Shown one piece after another: positions 23,078-35,211 of a stretch of 64,000 nucleotides of DNA. The stretch is from Vitrella brassicaformis CCMP3155 (Eukaryota > Protista > Chromerida), in contig CDMY01000452.1 of NCBI GenBank assembly GCA_001179505.1, positions 1 through 64,000 of the forward strand. Reading direction: 5' to 3'. Each line of letters begins with the position of its first letter. Within the stretch, counting starts at the first letter, position 1. The position numbers were made by a program, and so were the translations under genes. The notes below the pieces were generated by a model that was not told the DNA's origin, ran no database searches, and worked only from the letters and a program-made list of their open reading frames with translations.

Positions 23078-25610
23078 TCAACATATGCGCAACGTTTGTA
23101 TAGACGTCCGGGCCCGGCCTTGCAGCATATAAAATGTAAGCAGCGATGCAGCTGTCCAGCCACTCGCTGCTCTCCCATTTTTTCTGAGCTGCTGCTGCTG
23201 CTGCGGGGCTCCCTTGTACGCCGGCGTGTCCTCGATCTCGCGCTCCAGGCGGGACTTCTTCGTCGTCGATGACCATGGGGTCGTCTGGCTGGTTGACGCG
23301 CTCAACTTCCCGCCTGGCGGCCTTCTCGGCCTGCTCGTCCTCGAACACAACTATCAAACCCTACATTCAATACAAGGAATGCACAGAGATGCACTTGACG
23401 GATGCACGTGTAGGTCTATGTGTGGGTGTTCGTGTAGGCGCAGGTGTGCGTGTGCCCTCTATCTGTCTTGCCCTTGGCGGCTTACCCCGATGAAGTTTCG
23501 CAGTCCACCCGGTGACGGCTCGCCGGCAGCGGTGATGCGGGCGGCGATTTCGGCTGTCGTGGTGAGGCGGTGGTCGTTCTGCACGCGGGCGGCGATGGGG
23601 TCCATGTCTGCCCAGTGGTCGCCCTCCAGCGGCACAAAGGGAATGAAGTGTCGGAACGCATGACCGTCCCTCCTCCTTGTGCTGATGCTCCAGCTCGTCG
23701 GGCTCTGAGTCAACAGCGAAACGAGCACTCCAGTGTGCTGACACATCAACACACACAGACACACACACACACACATACACACACATGTCAAGAAATTCCT
23801 CCTTGGCTATCTCTCACAGATCACTGCTTATCTCGCCTGGCAATCCATTGACTCACCGTGGCGTGCCGTATCGTCCGGCCTCTCCCTCCGTCCGTAGTAG
23901 AACATGAAGCGGGTGTGGTTGTGCTGCTGGGGGAGATCCCCCAGCAGGTTGGCCGTCTCCTGCACTACGATGCCCCGCACACCGCCACCGCCCATGCCGC
24001 TCAGCGTCTCCAGCCTGCCCAACATCTCGTCACCCCTCACCTGCAGGTGTGTGGGACAGACAGACAGACAGACAGATACCTCAGGAACAAAGTGTCTCCT
24101 TTGTCCCATTCCCGACGTGATGTGTGGTGTTGGTTCGGGTCACCCACGTACCTGCCCGAGATACATGGCCCTGCGATGAGTGTGGGTGTTGACCCATCGG
24201 TGGATGTCCATGTTGTTCAGCGACTCGTAGTGCCTCTCGTCCGTGGGCGGATAACTGCTGGGGGGGCCCGTGTGGCGGTAGCCGTGGTGTGGCAGCGCCG
24301 GCTGTCCCTCCCCCCTCTCGGGCTCGCCCTCGACCACCTTGACGTCGTCCTTGTGCGGCAGCAGTGTGTTGAGGGCGCGCAGTAGCGATGTCCTCGTCGG
24401 AGACCTCGTCGCGAGAGAGCCGCTGGCCGCCCGCCGCCTCCTCGTTGTACTTTTCTCTTTCTGGTAACGAAGCTGCTTCTCCAAGTCGGGCAGCGTCTTC
24501 AACCGAAGCTCAGCTGCACGCTTAACGCTGAAGTCACGCTCAGCTGCAGGCAGGCGCATGCCGCACCTCGTGTCGTAATACGGCAGCCCGCCCGCCACGT
24601 AGCCCCTGATGGGCTGCTCGAAGAAGCGGAGCTGGCGGAGCTGTGCCTCATTGCTGCCGATGACCACGTGGCGCACGAGGTAGTCGCCCTGTACTTCCTC
24701 CAGCATGAAGTGGTCTGGGCGGCGTGGGTCGGCTCGATATGCCTGGTGCAAACCTTCAAAGGTGTACACTGCAGGAGCAAATGGGACACACAGCACACCG
24801 AGAGAGAAACCATCATTAGGTACTGTGCCGTCGTCTTATTGAATTGGATGGCATGTGTTGTGTATAGCTTGCTCACCGTTCTGTGGCACCCTTGCCGCCG
24901 CCGCTGCGGCAGCCTCAGCAGCGGCTTGGTCGGCAGCACGTTGGGCAGCCTCCACAGCTGCGATGGCTGCGGCCGCACCTGGCGATAGCGGCGGGTACAG
25001 GCCGTAGTGCTGCTGCATAGGGCCACGAGGCGTGGCCGGGGCCCCCATATCATCCCCGTTCCCCTCAACAGCGGCTAGTGTAGCCAGAGTGCCTGGCGAC
25101 AGCGGTTGGAGTTTCCATGACTGAAACGACCTGCTCTCGCGTCCTCTCGACCTGCCTCGGTTCGGCCATTTTGGGCGGATCTCACCGCCCTGAGGGATGC
25201 ACCAAATGATCAGAAATGGCGTCTTGCTGTTCTTCATCGCCTTGCCGCATCTCAGTCTGCGAATCAAGTCCTCGTTGAATCCACCGGCCTTGTGGTTGGC
25301 GTCGGTGTACACTGCAGGAGCAAATGGGACACAGAGCACACCGAGAAACCATCATTACCGTCGTCTTATTGGATGGCATGTGTGTGGCTTGCTCACCGTC
25401 AGGTGGGACCCTTGCCGCCGCCGCTGCAGCAGCCTCAGCGGAGGCAGGCTTCTTGGTCGGCAGCACGTTGGGCAGCCTCCACCGGGGCTGCGAGGGCTTC
25501 GGATGACGAATTTGTCCTGCATGACAAAAACACAGACGACGGAAGTATGTCAGACGGATTTCATACGGCTCTGATGGCCCTTCCCTGTCGTGCTGCGTCC
25601 CCGACCCCAC
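23078..25610 (-). CDS. Hypothetical multi-exon protein with internal duplication, possibly decaying
   Basis: Long coding-like exons (24140-24770, 24890-25310, 23870-24045, 23490-23700) bounded by GT/AG; no recognised domain; start uncertain. Confidence 0.45.
24761..25482. repeat. Tandem duplication of an exon-end/intron/exon-start module
   Basis: 24761-24955 and 25304-25482 are near-identical (GGTGTACACTGCAGGAGCAAATGGGACAC ... TTGGTCGGCAGCACGTTGGGCAGCCTCCAC). Confidence 0.85.
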
Positions 25611-26132
25611 GCACCCACCCAGCTCACCTCCGCGCCGTACAGCCGAAAAGATACCACCATCAGTCGCTCACAGCTCTTGCGCCGGCCAGCGCCGCGTAAG
25701 ATCAGTAGCTGGCTGAGGAAAGATAGAAAGAAAAAGCGCAAAAACAAGGGAGAGACGAAATGAGACCGTCTCGTCGAGAAACTGCCGCAAACAACGAAAA
25801 TTTGTCTTGTTGCTAGTTTGTGACGCCATGCTACACATGGCGGGAAATGGGAAGTGGTCAAAAAATGAGTTCAAAACATGAATTCCATCGCCCCATTTTC
25901 TTTGCGAGCTCAAAGCTCGCAGATCTTCAGGATCGTTCATCCCTTCCCCCCGCGGAACCGGCCGCCTGCACCTGCCTTAGAACGCCCCTAGAACGCTGCC
26001 TAGAACGCCCCTAGGACGGCGGCCCACAAATTGCCTGGAGTTGTACGGCATCGGCCTCGCGCGCGTCTCTCCCCAAGGCCTCTCTTCCTCCCCGTGCTTT
26101 GTGAGCCGCATCGTCTCGAGATCTTGGCGCCC

Positions 26133-27300
26133 ATGGGTTGGTGCGGCTCATTTTGTGGTGCTGCCAGCTTTCTGGTTTGCGTCCTGGTCGGCCTTGGCGT
26201 CGTCAGCGGCCAGTCAGGCGGCAAATGTGCCCTGCAGTCGTCCGACAGCCTCGCGTCCCTCGTCCAGAACCAGATCCTTGAAGACAAGGTGCGTGCGAGG
26301 GCAATCAAAGACAGCGGGGCTGCATTTGGCTGAGTGGCATGTGTGCACCACTGCAGGTTGACAACTATGCGATTAAGGGCGTTGGGGAGGTGCGGGACGT
26401 GAATCTGTCCTCGGTGAGGCTCTTCCCCTTCAACCTGACCAACCCTGCGCCAGGCGTCGTGCAGCTCTTCGCTCCCCAGTTCAGGGTCAGCACGCGCACG
26501 CACACACATCACAGACACAGCACAGCGTTGCTTTCTCATCATCATCATCATGGTTGCCGCTGCGTCGCTCTCTTTGTCAGGCGAAGATCAAGTACACATA
26601 CGAGGTGGATCTGGGCCTCTACACCGACAAGGGCACCGGCAATGCGGTGGCTCGCGGCCCTCTGAATGTGACTTTCCTGGGCACTGACACCGTGACCTGC
26701 AACCTGACTCGTGTCAGGATGGACATATCGTCGCCCAAGTCCGAGCAGGGGCTTCTCGGCAGCATCATCACGGGCATCGGCACGGAACTTCTCTTCAAGG
26801 TACCAACGCCACCTATCTGCAGAGAGGTCCCTGCCACGCCGCACATAATGGCGCATGAAGCGTGTCTGTCTGTCTGGCCACCATGTGCTCAGGACCGGAT
26901 CGAGAGTCTCACGCGCGGAGCCATCTGTGCGAGGGTCGAGGACTCAGTCACCGGCAAGGACCTCGAGATCCCTCAGTACGACGCACGAGCGGCCATTCCC
27001 GGGGGGCAGTCGGGCTTCCACTGGATCATGCTCGCGCTGGGCCTCGTGGTGGGCATCGCGCTGGGCGTCCTCTCGTGTGCCATCTCACGGTGGGCCAGCT
27101 CGCCCGCCAAGAGGAAGCAGCAGGCCACCAAGACCACAGCGGCCGACGGGCAGCCGGCGGAGACCAACGGGGATCACCCATCCCCGCCAGCGGCGGGGAA
27201 AGAGGCCACATATGCGTCCCCTGAGCCCGAGGGGGAGATGGAGGCGTCGGCCCCTCCATTAAACAGCAGAGGGGCCCGGGGTGCGGGCAGCAGAGTGTGA
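26133..27300 (+). CDS. Type I membrane protein, possibly with a BPI/LBP (TULIP)-like ectodomain
   Basis: Exons 26133-26288, 26357-26485, 26581-26799, 26893-27300, all phase 0. Hydrophobic N-terminal signal; TM WIMLALGLVVGIALGVLSCAI. The BPI-like fold is inferred from pattern only. Confidence 0.75.
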
Positions 27301-28128
27301 GTGAGGCGGCCAATCGTGTGTCGTTTTTCCATGACTCTATCAATGAATTAATGAGAAAGTGAGAGGTGGTGAGCGGGGAGGTCTCCCTTTGCCGGCAGTG
27401 GTGTTTAGTAGCGGGGGCTCAGTAGGGCGGGCTCTTTATCACTCTGTCTGTCGCCCTGGTAAGTGGTTAGTGTACAGGCGTACTGTGAGGACGGGTGGGC
27501 CCCCCAGACAGACAGACTGATGCATTGGTATTCGTTCTTTGTGAAGGGGAGAGAGGCTGGGGTGAATTTGCGTGTGTCTGTGAGAGGTGAGGTGTGTCCT
27601 TCTGTGTCATGATACCCAGCTCGTGGGAGGAGCTGCTGTTTTACAATGAGGCTGGTGGTGCGGCACATGGATGCGTGACGGATCGGTTGCTAATGGGTGC
27701 AGCAGCTCGACGGATGCCTGACGAGTGGCAATCAATCGTCGAGCTCCGGCGGCCATCAGCAACAGGTCCATCTCGTTGAGATGGTGACTCCACGGGCCCA
27801 CGGAGGCAGTGTAGACAGAGATTCTCTGCCTGATTGACTGATTGTCGATTGGTTCAGCTGCGTGTTGTTCCCTCTGACGTCAAGGAACAGCGTGGCCAAC
27901 GCAATTGATACATGCAGCGTCATGTACCGGCCTTGCCTTGCAAGACGTGTCTGTCTGTCGCATTCAATTCAACACAACACACAAACTGAGTCATTCACTT
28001 TTCGCGTATACCAGATGGTCACACCAGACACACAGCTACAGGCATTCGTCAAACAAGTGCATCACCTGCTTGCACCACTCTCAACAAACAAGGAGCTGCC
28101 ACCGATCTTTCCCTCGCGACACCCGTAG

Positions 28129-29340
28129 CTATGCGTCTCTCATTTCGACGTCTGCGTCGGTGACCTCGAGTCGTCCCTTGAGCATCTTGACCTCCTCCAG
28201 GACGGTTGTGGTGCCGGTGGGGAACATGACGGGCTTGGGGATGCGCGTGCGGGGGTAGGGGGCCATGATGTTGCGGTGCATCGTGTAGGCGTCCTTGGTC
28301 ACCACACACAGGTCCACCTGGCCGCCAGAACCGAGGTCGTTCGTGATACCTGCATGAACCAGCCAGCAAGGCACACAGATGGGTTGGCGCTCGGTTTTCT
28401 GTTTGTCTGCCTGTGTGTGTGTGTGTCCTCAAGGATTGCTGACCAGCGAGGATGGCCTCGCTGACGAGCTTCTTGCCCTCCTCTATCGTCATGTCGTCCT
28501 TGTAACCTGTGCACACACACATACGATGATGCATGCCAACGACCGACAGGGGCAATCGATCCCCCGGCTCAGCTCATGCTGCCCCCCCATTGCCCTCATA
28601 CCCCTCATTCATTACCTGTCTCGAGCATGCTCATGGCGGCGAGGCTGCCGCTGCCCATGCTAGCGAAGGGCAGGCGGTCTGTGGAGCCGTGCGGGTAGAT
28701 CATGTAGAGCGAAGGCCCCGTCGGGTCCACCCCGCCCATGACCAGCGCACACCCCACGTAGCCCATGTAGCGGAACAAGTGCTGGCTCAGCATCGTCACG
28801 GCCGTACCAACACGAGGCGTCCGGTGCAGAGTCAGCCTGCAGGTGGGCAGCCAACGACAGACATGACATGATGAGAGAGAGAGGGTGATATTGACAGACT
28901 GTCTCGGTAGTGATGTGGGCGAGGCGGTCACCTCATGAGTTCGAGGTCAGCGGCGAATTTCTTGGTCGTGTGCTCCAGGTCTGCTGCCGTGCCGGCGCCA
29001 GCACAGCAGATGTTGTCGGCCATCTTGTGCAGCTTCTCGCAGTTCTTGTCGGCCACTATGTCACCAGCTGCAGGCACACATTGCCACAGACGGCAGGGCA
29101 TTTTGTCTGCCGCTCCTCTCTGCATGTTTTCGCCACCTGACCGGTGGCGCGTGTGTCTGCGCCCAGTACGACGCCTCCGTCGCACACGACGCCGCAGATG
29201 GTGGTGCCTGTCTTCTTGAGGTCGGGCATCTTGAAGGCCTGCGGGTCACTGCTGGCGAGGAACTGGTTGCGCTGGTAGTTGTCGAACACGAAGCCCGCGC
29301 CCTTCTGCGCCACCAACGTCTCCACGTAATCCACCGGCAT
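28129..29340 (-). CDS. PSMB7: Proteasome subunit beta type-7 (beta2/PUP1)
   Basis: Propeptide then [21 protein letters not shown]; [10 protein letters not shown]; [12 protein letters not shown]; [17 protein letters not shown]. Confidence 0.95.
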
Positions 29341-29504
29341 GACTCACTCAAAGCAGATCTCCCTCGGGGTCTCTCTGCACCCAAGATGCGACACCGAATT
29401 AGTTGATCTGGCAGCACCGAATTCGCCCTGCCTCTCTGGAGCAGTTTCACGGAAGAAAGAATCGTGCGAGCTGTTTCGTGAACGTCATTTCGTGGAGAGC
29501 GAAG

Positions 29505-30626
29505 ATGGAGAAGATGCCGTCGCCCAGCCACATGAACGGCATGAACGGCGTGCCGACGGAAAAGGACAAAGCTGTCAGGCACCACCCCCCCCCGCCAGCC
29601 TTCGACCTGCTGCTGGGCGTCCTGTGCGTGGCGGGCATCTACGTGTCATACAGCATCTTCAGCGTCTTCCAGGAGAAGATCTACACCATCAGGGACGCTC
29701 ACTCGGGACACAAGTTCAAGTACGGCGTCTTCCTCGTCTCCTGCATCGCCTTCTGCGCCTTCATCGTGGGCGCCAGCGGGCTGCTCATCGAGAAGAGGCT
29801 CAACTTGGCACAGATCCGGCGCAAGATCAACCAGGAGACCGTCACGAACTTCGCGCTGATCTCGCTGACGTATGTGGGGGCGATGCTGTCGAGCAACTAC
29901 GCGCTGCAGCATGTCAACTACCCGACTCAGGTGCTGGTCAAGAGTGCCAAGATGGTGCCGGTGGTGGTGGGCGGCTTTCTGCTCTTCCGCAAGACCTACC
30001 CTTGGTATGACTACCTCAGCGTCTTCCTCGTGACGACGTCGCTCATCTGCTTCAACCTCTTCAAGGAGGGCGCCAAGAAGCACGCCGTCTCGACCTTCAT
30101 GGGCGTGGCGCTGTGCTTTGTGTCGCTCCTGTGCGACGGGCTGACGGGGCCGCGGCAAGACCACCTGATGAAGAAGTACCACGTGACGAAGTTCGAGCAC
30201 ATGACCTTCACCAACCTGTTTGCCCTCGTCTGGACGGCCCTCTTCATGTTTGTCCTCGAGGGCGTGGCGCCCGTCACTTTCTGCATCAACAACCCCTCGG
30301 CAGTGTGGGCCGTCTTGCTGTGCGCATCCTGCTCTGCGCTCGGGCAGATCTTCATCTTCTTGAGTCTGACGTCCTTCGGGGCTCTCTATCTGTCGCTCAT
30401 GACGACCACCCGGAAGTTTTTCACCATCCTGCTGTCGGTGGTGCTCTACGGCCACCACCTTAACGCTATCCAGTGGACCAGCGTGTTCGTCATCTTTGCC
30501 GGCATATTCCTGCAGACCTACTGCAAGAATGGCGACAATAACAAGCGGACAAAGCAACACGGCAAGGAGGCGGAAATGAGTGGCAAGATCACCGCAGCAG
30601 AGGAGAAAGAGGGCAAGAACAGCTAG
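29505..30626 (+). CDS. UAA-family nucleotide-sugar transporter (SLC35B1/HUT1-like), intronless
   Basis: About 10 hydrophobic segments; ALQHVNYPTQVLVKSAKMVPV, DGLTGPRQD, TTRKFFTILLSV motifs. Confidence 0.9.
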   Translation: MEKMPSPSHMNGMNGVPTEKDKAVRHHPPPPAFDLLLGVLCVAGIYVSYSIFSVFQEKIYTIRDAHSGHKFKYGVFLVSCIAFCAFIVGASGLLIEKRLNLAQIRRKINQETVTNFALISLTYVGAMLSSNYALQHVNYPTQVLVKSAKMVPVVVGGFLLFRKTYPWYDYLSVFLVTTSLICFNLFKEGAKKHAVSTFMGVALCFVSLLCDGLTGPRQDHLMKKYHVTKFEHMTFTNLFALVWTALFMFVLEGVAPVTFCINNPSAVWAVLLCASCSALGQIFIFLSLTSFGALYLSLMTTTRKFFTILLSVVLYGHHLNAIQWTSVFVIFAGIFLQTYCKNGDNNKRTKQHGKEAEMSGKITAAEEKEGKNS

Positions 30627-30976
30627 CCGAATAGAGAGAGAGGTAGCTGACGGACAGTAGAGAGAGATGCGATTGACTGAGTGAACGAGTGCGTCTGCCC
30701 GACGGACGAATGGCGCGTAGGGAAGGTTTCGATATGCTTTCCGTTCCCCAGTCTGTGTGAGTGTCTCTCCGTTTATGAGTGGGGGGGATCCTTGTGCGTA
30801 GTGAGGTTTTCCATACGTGTGCATCATGAGCCCCAAAGACTCCGAACCGTTTGGGCCCATGAGGATTGATTAATTAATTCATGTGACTACACACCACATC
30901 TCTGTCCATCCCGTAGAAAAAATGCCCCCACACATCATGTCATCACCATCCCCCATCCATCCACCACATCAGAGAG

Positions 30977-33900
30977 TCAGTTGGCGGCTTTCGCCTGTGC
31001 AGCCAACTCTAACAGCGACCCACCGCCCGCCCCCGAGGCAGCCCGAATGAGCCGCCCCTCGGGCACGGTGACCGACGGCATGGCGCCGTGGACAATCAGC
31101 ACCAACAGGGGCGGACGGCTGCCCTTCGCTACACCCTTGCCGCCCTTCTGCACACACACACACACACACACAGATGGTGGGGTGGTTGCTGTCTTTGTGT
31201 ATCTGACCTTGCCAGTGGGCGGCAGTGGCTGGTTCGGCGAGGGCATCTGCACAAACGACGTCAGGAAGTCCACCATGAGCTTGGGGCCGCCACTGAGGCT
31301 CACACCTGCACACAACCACCGCACACACACAAATGGCGCATATCACAGCGGACAAGACGCGAGACGTTAATTCTCTCTTCTTATGCTGACTCGGTGCAGG
31401 TGGCTGTGCGACGGGCGCTGCTACGAAGGGCATGGCCGACGGGCCCCCACTGCCGCCCACAGGCTTGCCAAAGCGGCTCAGGAAGTCCACCAAGGCAGCC
31501 ACTACATCCTGGTGATCACACCCCCCACCAGCATCCCAGCACACCATTGGCGGACATGATGGATGGCCGGGATGTCTCTCTCGTTTACTTGGCTGTCTTT
31601 GGGATCTTGAGGCAGGTTGAAGTCGACAGCAGCTATCTCTACAGTGGTGGACCGGGCACTCACCGGGCCGTAACGAGGCTCACGACAACTGCACATCATG
31701 ACGGCACAACACAACGCGCAGACGTTTTGTTGTTTGGTGTCTCTTCAAGGGTCAGATTCGTTCGTCCATTGACCCACCTGTTAGGGTCGGTGAAGTCCTG
31801 CAGGTGTGGATTCAACTTGACATGTGCCTGTAGACTGACCGCCACGCTCTGCGGCTCCCCCGCCAGCCGCATACCTCCCGCGATCTCCTCTACCAATCCA
31901 TCGCCGGAGCTAAACGCTAAGGTACCGCCGCCACCGCGACACCCGCCACTATCCCTACTCGCGCCACCCGCACCCTCCTCCCCCATCGCCTCCTCTGGCT
32001 GCTCCTTCATCCCACTGGTCGCCGCCATCGGCCCCTCTGCCCCCAACCTGCTTTGGATGAGTGACATCAGCAGGCTGCCCGCTGTGCTGTCGTCCTCCGC
32101 TCCCTCTCGCTCGTCCGTCGGCGGCTCCTCGTTGGGCTCGGCACTGTCGTCCTCCTGCTCCGGGCCGCCCTCCGCTGTGGCGGTGCTGTCGGCGTGTGGG
32201 TCGGGGTGCGATGGTGTGCTTCGCCAGGCGGCCTGTATGTTGGTGACGGTGTTGTCGGTGGATGTGCGGAGGGCCGCGAGGGTGTGTGCGAGGGTGTGGA
32301 GGAGGCCGGGGGTGGTGGGCTGGCCCCAGAAGGTGTCCCTGGCGCCACTGGTGTCGGTGCCGATGTTGAGGAGACACAAATTCTGACCCTCTGAAGGCAG
32401 CAACAGGAGAGAGAGGGAAGGATGAGGGGCGGGGTGTGTGGAATGCATGGGTGGCGGCTCACTTGCGATGACGTCCTCTACCACTCCTGCGATGTCACCG
32501 AGTAGCTGCTCGGGGAGAAAACGCAACGGAGAATGAGAGCAGAAGGGCCGTGATTGTGTGTTGGTTTCACCGACCTGCTTGAGTTCGTAGGAGGTGTCAG
32601 CCTGCTGTGACGGTGCCGTGCCGTCGACAGACTTGGGGTCCGACCAGTCGACCATCAGAATGTGGTTCGGCCGCCCCAGCCGATTCGACACTGCAAACCA
32701 CACATAACAACAGCAACAACAACAACATACACAATCCCTTCTCCTCATTCCCTCCCGTCCAACCCCTTACCGAGCAGCCTGTGGAAGCCCAGCAAGGCCT
32801 CATAGGTCCCCTTGGCATCCTTGCCCTTCTCCTCCTCTGCTTGCGGCTTGGCCGGCTGCGGCGCACACGATGGCGCGGGGCCAAACATGGACGCCAGCAG
32901 CGACATGCCTGACGCAGACGCCGCGCCAGGCATGGCAGCGATGGCCTTGAGGTCTATGGCGGGGGCGGGCGGGGGATGGGCCGGGACGGGCTTGGCATCC
33001 TTGGTGATTGTGTCGGCCACATCCAAAGGGAAGGTCAGCCGGACGGCGAATGGGTCGGGGGCTGCCGGCTTGGTGGTGGGGGCTGTCTTGGTATCGTCGT
33101 TACTGGCCTTCTCCTGCTCGCTCGTGGGCAGGTCGATTTTTACAGGGCGTGTTGATGTGTCCGGTGCCTCGCCCTTCTCGCCATGGTCATCCTCCTTTTC
33201 CCCCTTGGCCGCTTCCCCGCTCCTGACCAGTCTGCAGACGACACGCGGCCGGGGGCCGGCCTGGTGCTGCTGGTAGTAGGGGGACTGCTCGAGCAGTGTC
33301 TGGATCTTGCGCATGAGAGCGTCGGTGTGCTGCAGCTCACGCAGATGCTGCTGCTCTATCTCGGCCAAGCCGACCTTCCCCGCCTGCAAATCAGCAGTAG
33401 CAAAGATGTGTGTGGATGGATGGATGGATGCCTCGCTGTCCCCGCGCTCTCTCACGTGCATCTGCTGCCGCAGTGTGTCCTTCTGCGTGCCGTGCTGCTG
33501 CTTGTCCTTTGCGCACCGCCTCAGCTCATCCTCTATCGCCCTAGCCCCCTCCTGCGTGGCTCTCCGCTGCTTGTCAAGCGCCAAATTCTCCATGACCAGC
33601 CGGTTGCCCTCCTCACGGAGCGCATCCAGCCGGCCGGTCTTGCCATCCTTCTCGCCCCTGGCGGTCGCCTGCCGGTCCCTCCGCCCTCCCAGTGCCGTGC
33701 GAGTGTCGGCCGCCTTGGTCCTGACCTGCTCCTTGACCTCATCTCGGGCCTGGCGCAGGTCGCCCACGGCCTCCTTGGCCCGCTCGAGTAGCTCCTCGAC
33801 GGCGGCTTTCTCCTCGGTGAGCTGCCGCTGCTGCTCCTCCTTGGCTGTGATCTGGCTCTCGAAGCGCCTAACGGCGGCGTGGAGGGAATCCCGGCCGCCC

Positions 33901-33989
33901 TCGTGCCCAGCAGGCTGCCTGATACGGGCACCTGCACCACGACCACTGCCAGCGTCGCCGGCGGCGTCAAAGGGCTTGCGATGCCGCAT
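30977..33989 (-). CDS. Hypothetical coiled-coil protein, multi-exon
   Basis: MRHRKPF start, long E/K/Q/R heptad region, in-phase junction ..RLLG / VSNRLGRPNHILMVDW; last exon ends ELAAQAKAAN*. No family recognised. Confidence 0.6.
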
Positions 33990-34077
33990 ATCTCCGGATC
34001 GAGGGATTGCGGGGGACAAAAGATTGCCAGGACGAGCTCGCTCTGCGTATGTAAACGAATGCGTCAGCCGATCAATT

Positions 34078-35211
34078 ATGAGCGGTCAGCCGCCAGCTCA
34101 CAGCGCATTTGCGTCCATATCGCCTCCTTACTTCATGGGCGTCGCCGAAGTCGCCACAAGGATCGAGAAGCTGCCGCTGCAACAAAAGTGCTTCCTGGCC
34201 TGGCTGGCCGTGGTCTTCTTGGTCTGTTTCTGCCTCCTTGTGGTGCAGCCGGAGCCGCAGACCCTCGTCGTGACCTCACCAGAGTCTTTGCGGCGGAAGA
34301 AGGCCCTTGAGGGAACGCCCTACTCGCCAGTGGAGTGCTGCCCATCCATCGCTGGGCTGGAGAACGTTTCCTCTGCACTGCAGCCGGAACAGATGGTGGA
34401 CTCGAACAAGTTCTACACGGTGACCATCTTCACTATCGGCGCTGACGTGGAGATGCTGCGGACAATGACGCGCCGAATCGGGGCCTGCGACAAGATCGAC
34501 CGCATCCTGATCCTCTGGAACACAGCTGCCACGCCCCCGGAGCCATCCTTCCTGGCTGCCGGCCAGTTCGCAGACCGCATCGTGGTGGTTCAGGAGCTGC
34601 GGGACTCGCTGCAGAACAGGTTCTTGCTCGTGCCGGCACACGCGAGGACAGAGGGGATTGTGTCCATCGACGACGACATGACCGGCATCTCGTGTGAGGA
34701 GCTGGATGGGCTGTTTGACAGGTGGAGAGACGCGCAGCAGTGTGCGGTTGTGGGGCCGACGGTGAGGACCATTGAGGGGAGGGGGAGGGCCGCCATGGGT
34801 GCTGGTGCCACCAACCCTTACCTGGTCAGTGTCGGCCCCCAGCCGTATCGGCTGCTCGAGTACGTGCAGAGGGACTCCCGGCCGCCTCACCTGATCCTCA
34901 CCAATGTGGCCATTTACAGCAGGTGCATGGCTGTCGTCTACAGCCACGTGCTGCCCCGATTTCTGATCGGCTATGTGGACACTCTGATGAACTGTGAGGA
35001 CATTCTCTTCAACTTCATGCTGCACTCGTTCACGAGTGGGGTGCGGGTCAAGGCCAGCAGCCACCCTGACAGGCTGCACGCGCCGCGTGAGCAGCGGCAC
35101 AACAGGCAGAGGCAGTCCATCAGCCTGAAGGACAAGTATGCACACCAGAAAAAAAGGGATGCGTGTGTGATGTACTTCACGCGGGTGCTCGGAGATATAA
35201 GGCAGGGCTAG
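34078..35211 (+). CDS. GT64 exostosin C-terminal-like (EXTL2-like) glycosyltransferase, intronless
   Basis: Type II TM near the N-terminus; IDRILILWN, SLQNRF, VSIDDD (DxD), NCEDILFNF motifs. Confidence 0.88.
   Translation: MSGQPPAHSAFASISPPYFMGVAEVATRIEKLPLQQKCFLAWLAVVFLVCFCLLVVQPEPQTLVVTSPESLRRKKALEGTPYSPVECCPSIAGLENVSSALQPEQMVDSNKFYTVTIFTIGADVEMLRTMTRRIGACDKIDRILILWNTAATPPEPSFLAAGQFADRIVVVQELRDSLQNRFLLVPAHARTEGIVSIDDDMTGISCEELDGLFDRWRDAQQCAVVGPTVRTIEGRGRAAMGAGATNPYLVSVGPQPYRLLEYVQRDSRPPHLILTNVAIYSRCMAVVYSHVLPRFLIGYVDTLMNCEDILFNFMLHSFTSGVRVKASSHPDRLHAPREQRHNRQRQSISLKDKYAHQKKRDACVMYFTRVLGDIRQG

Noticed and set aside
31088-32386. 432-aa plus-strand ORF
   Set aside because: It is the antisense shadow of GC-rich exons of the minus-strand coiled-coil gene.
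33307-34077. 5' extension making GT64 a 634-aa ORF
   Set aside because: It overlaps the coiled-coil gene antisense and has S/C/R-rich shadow composition; the TM anchor follows the ATG at 34078.
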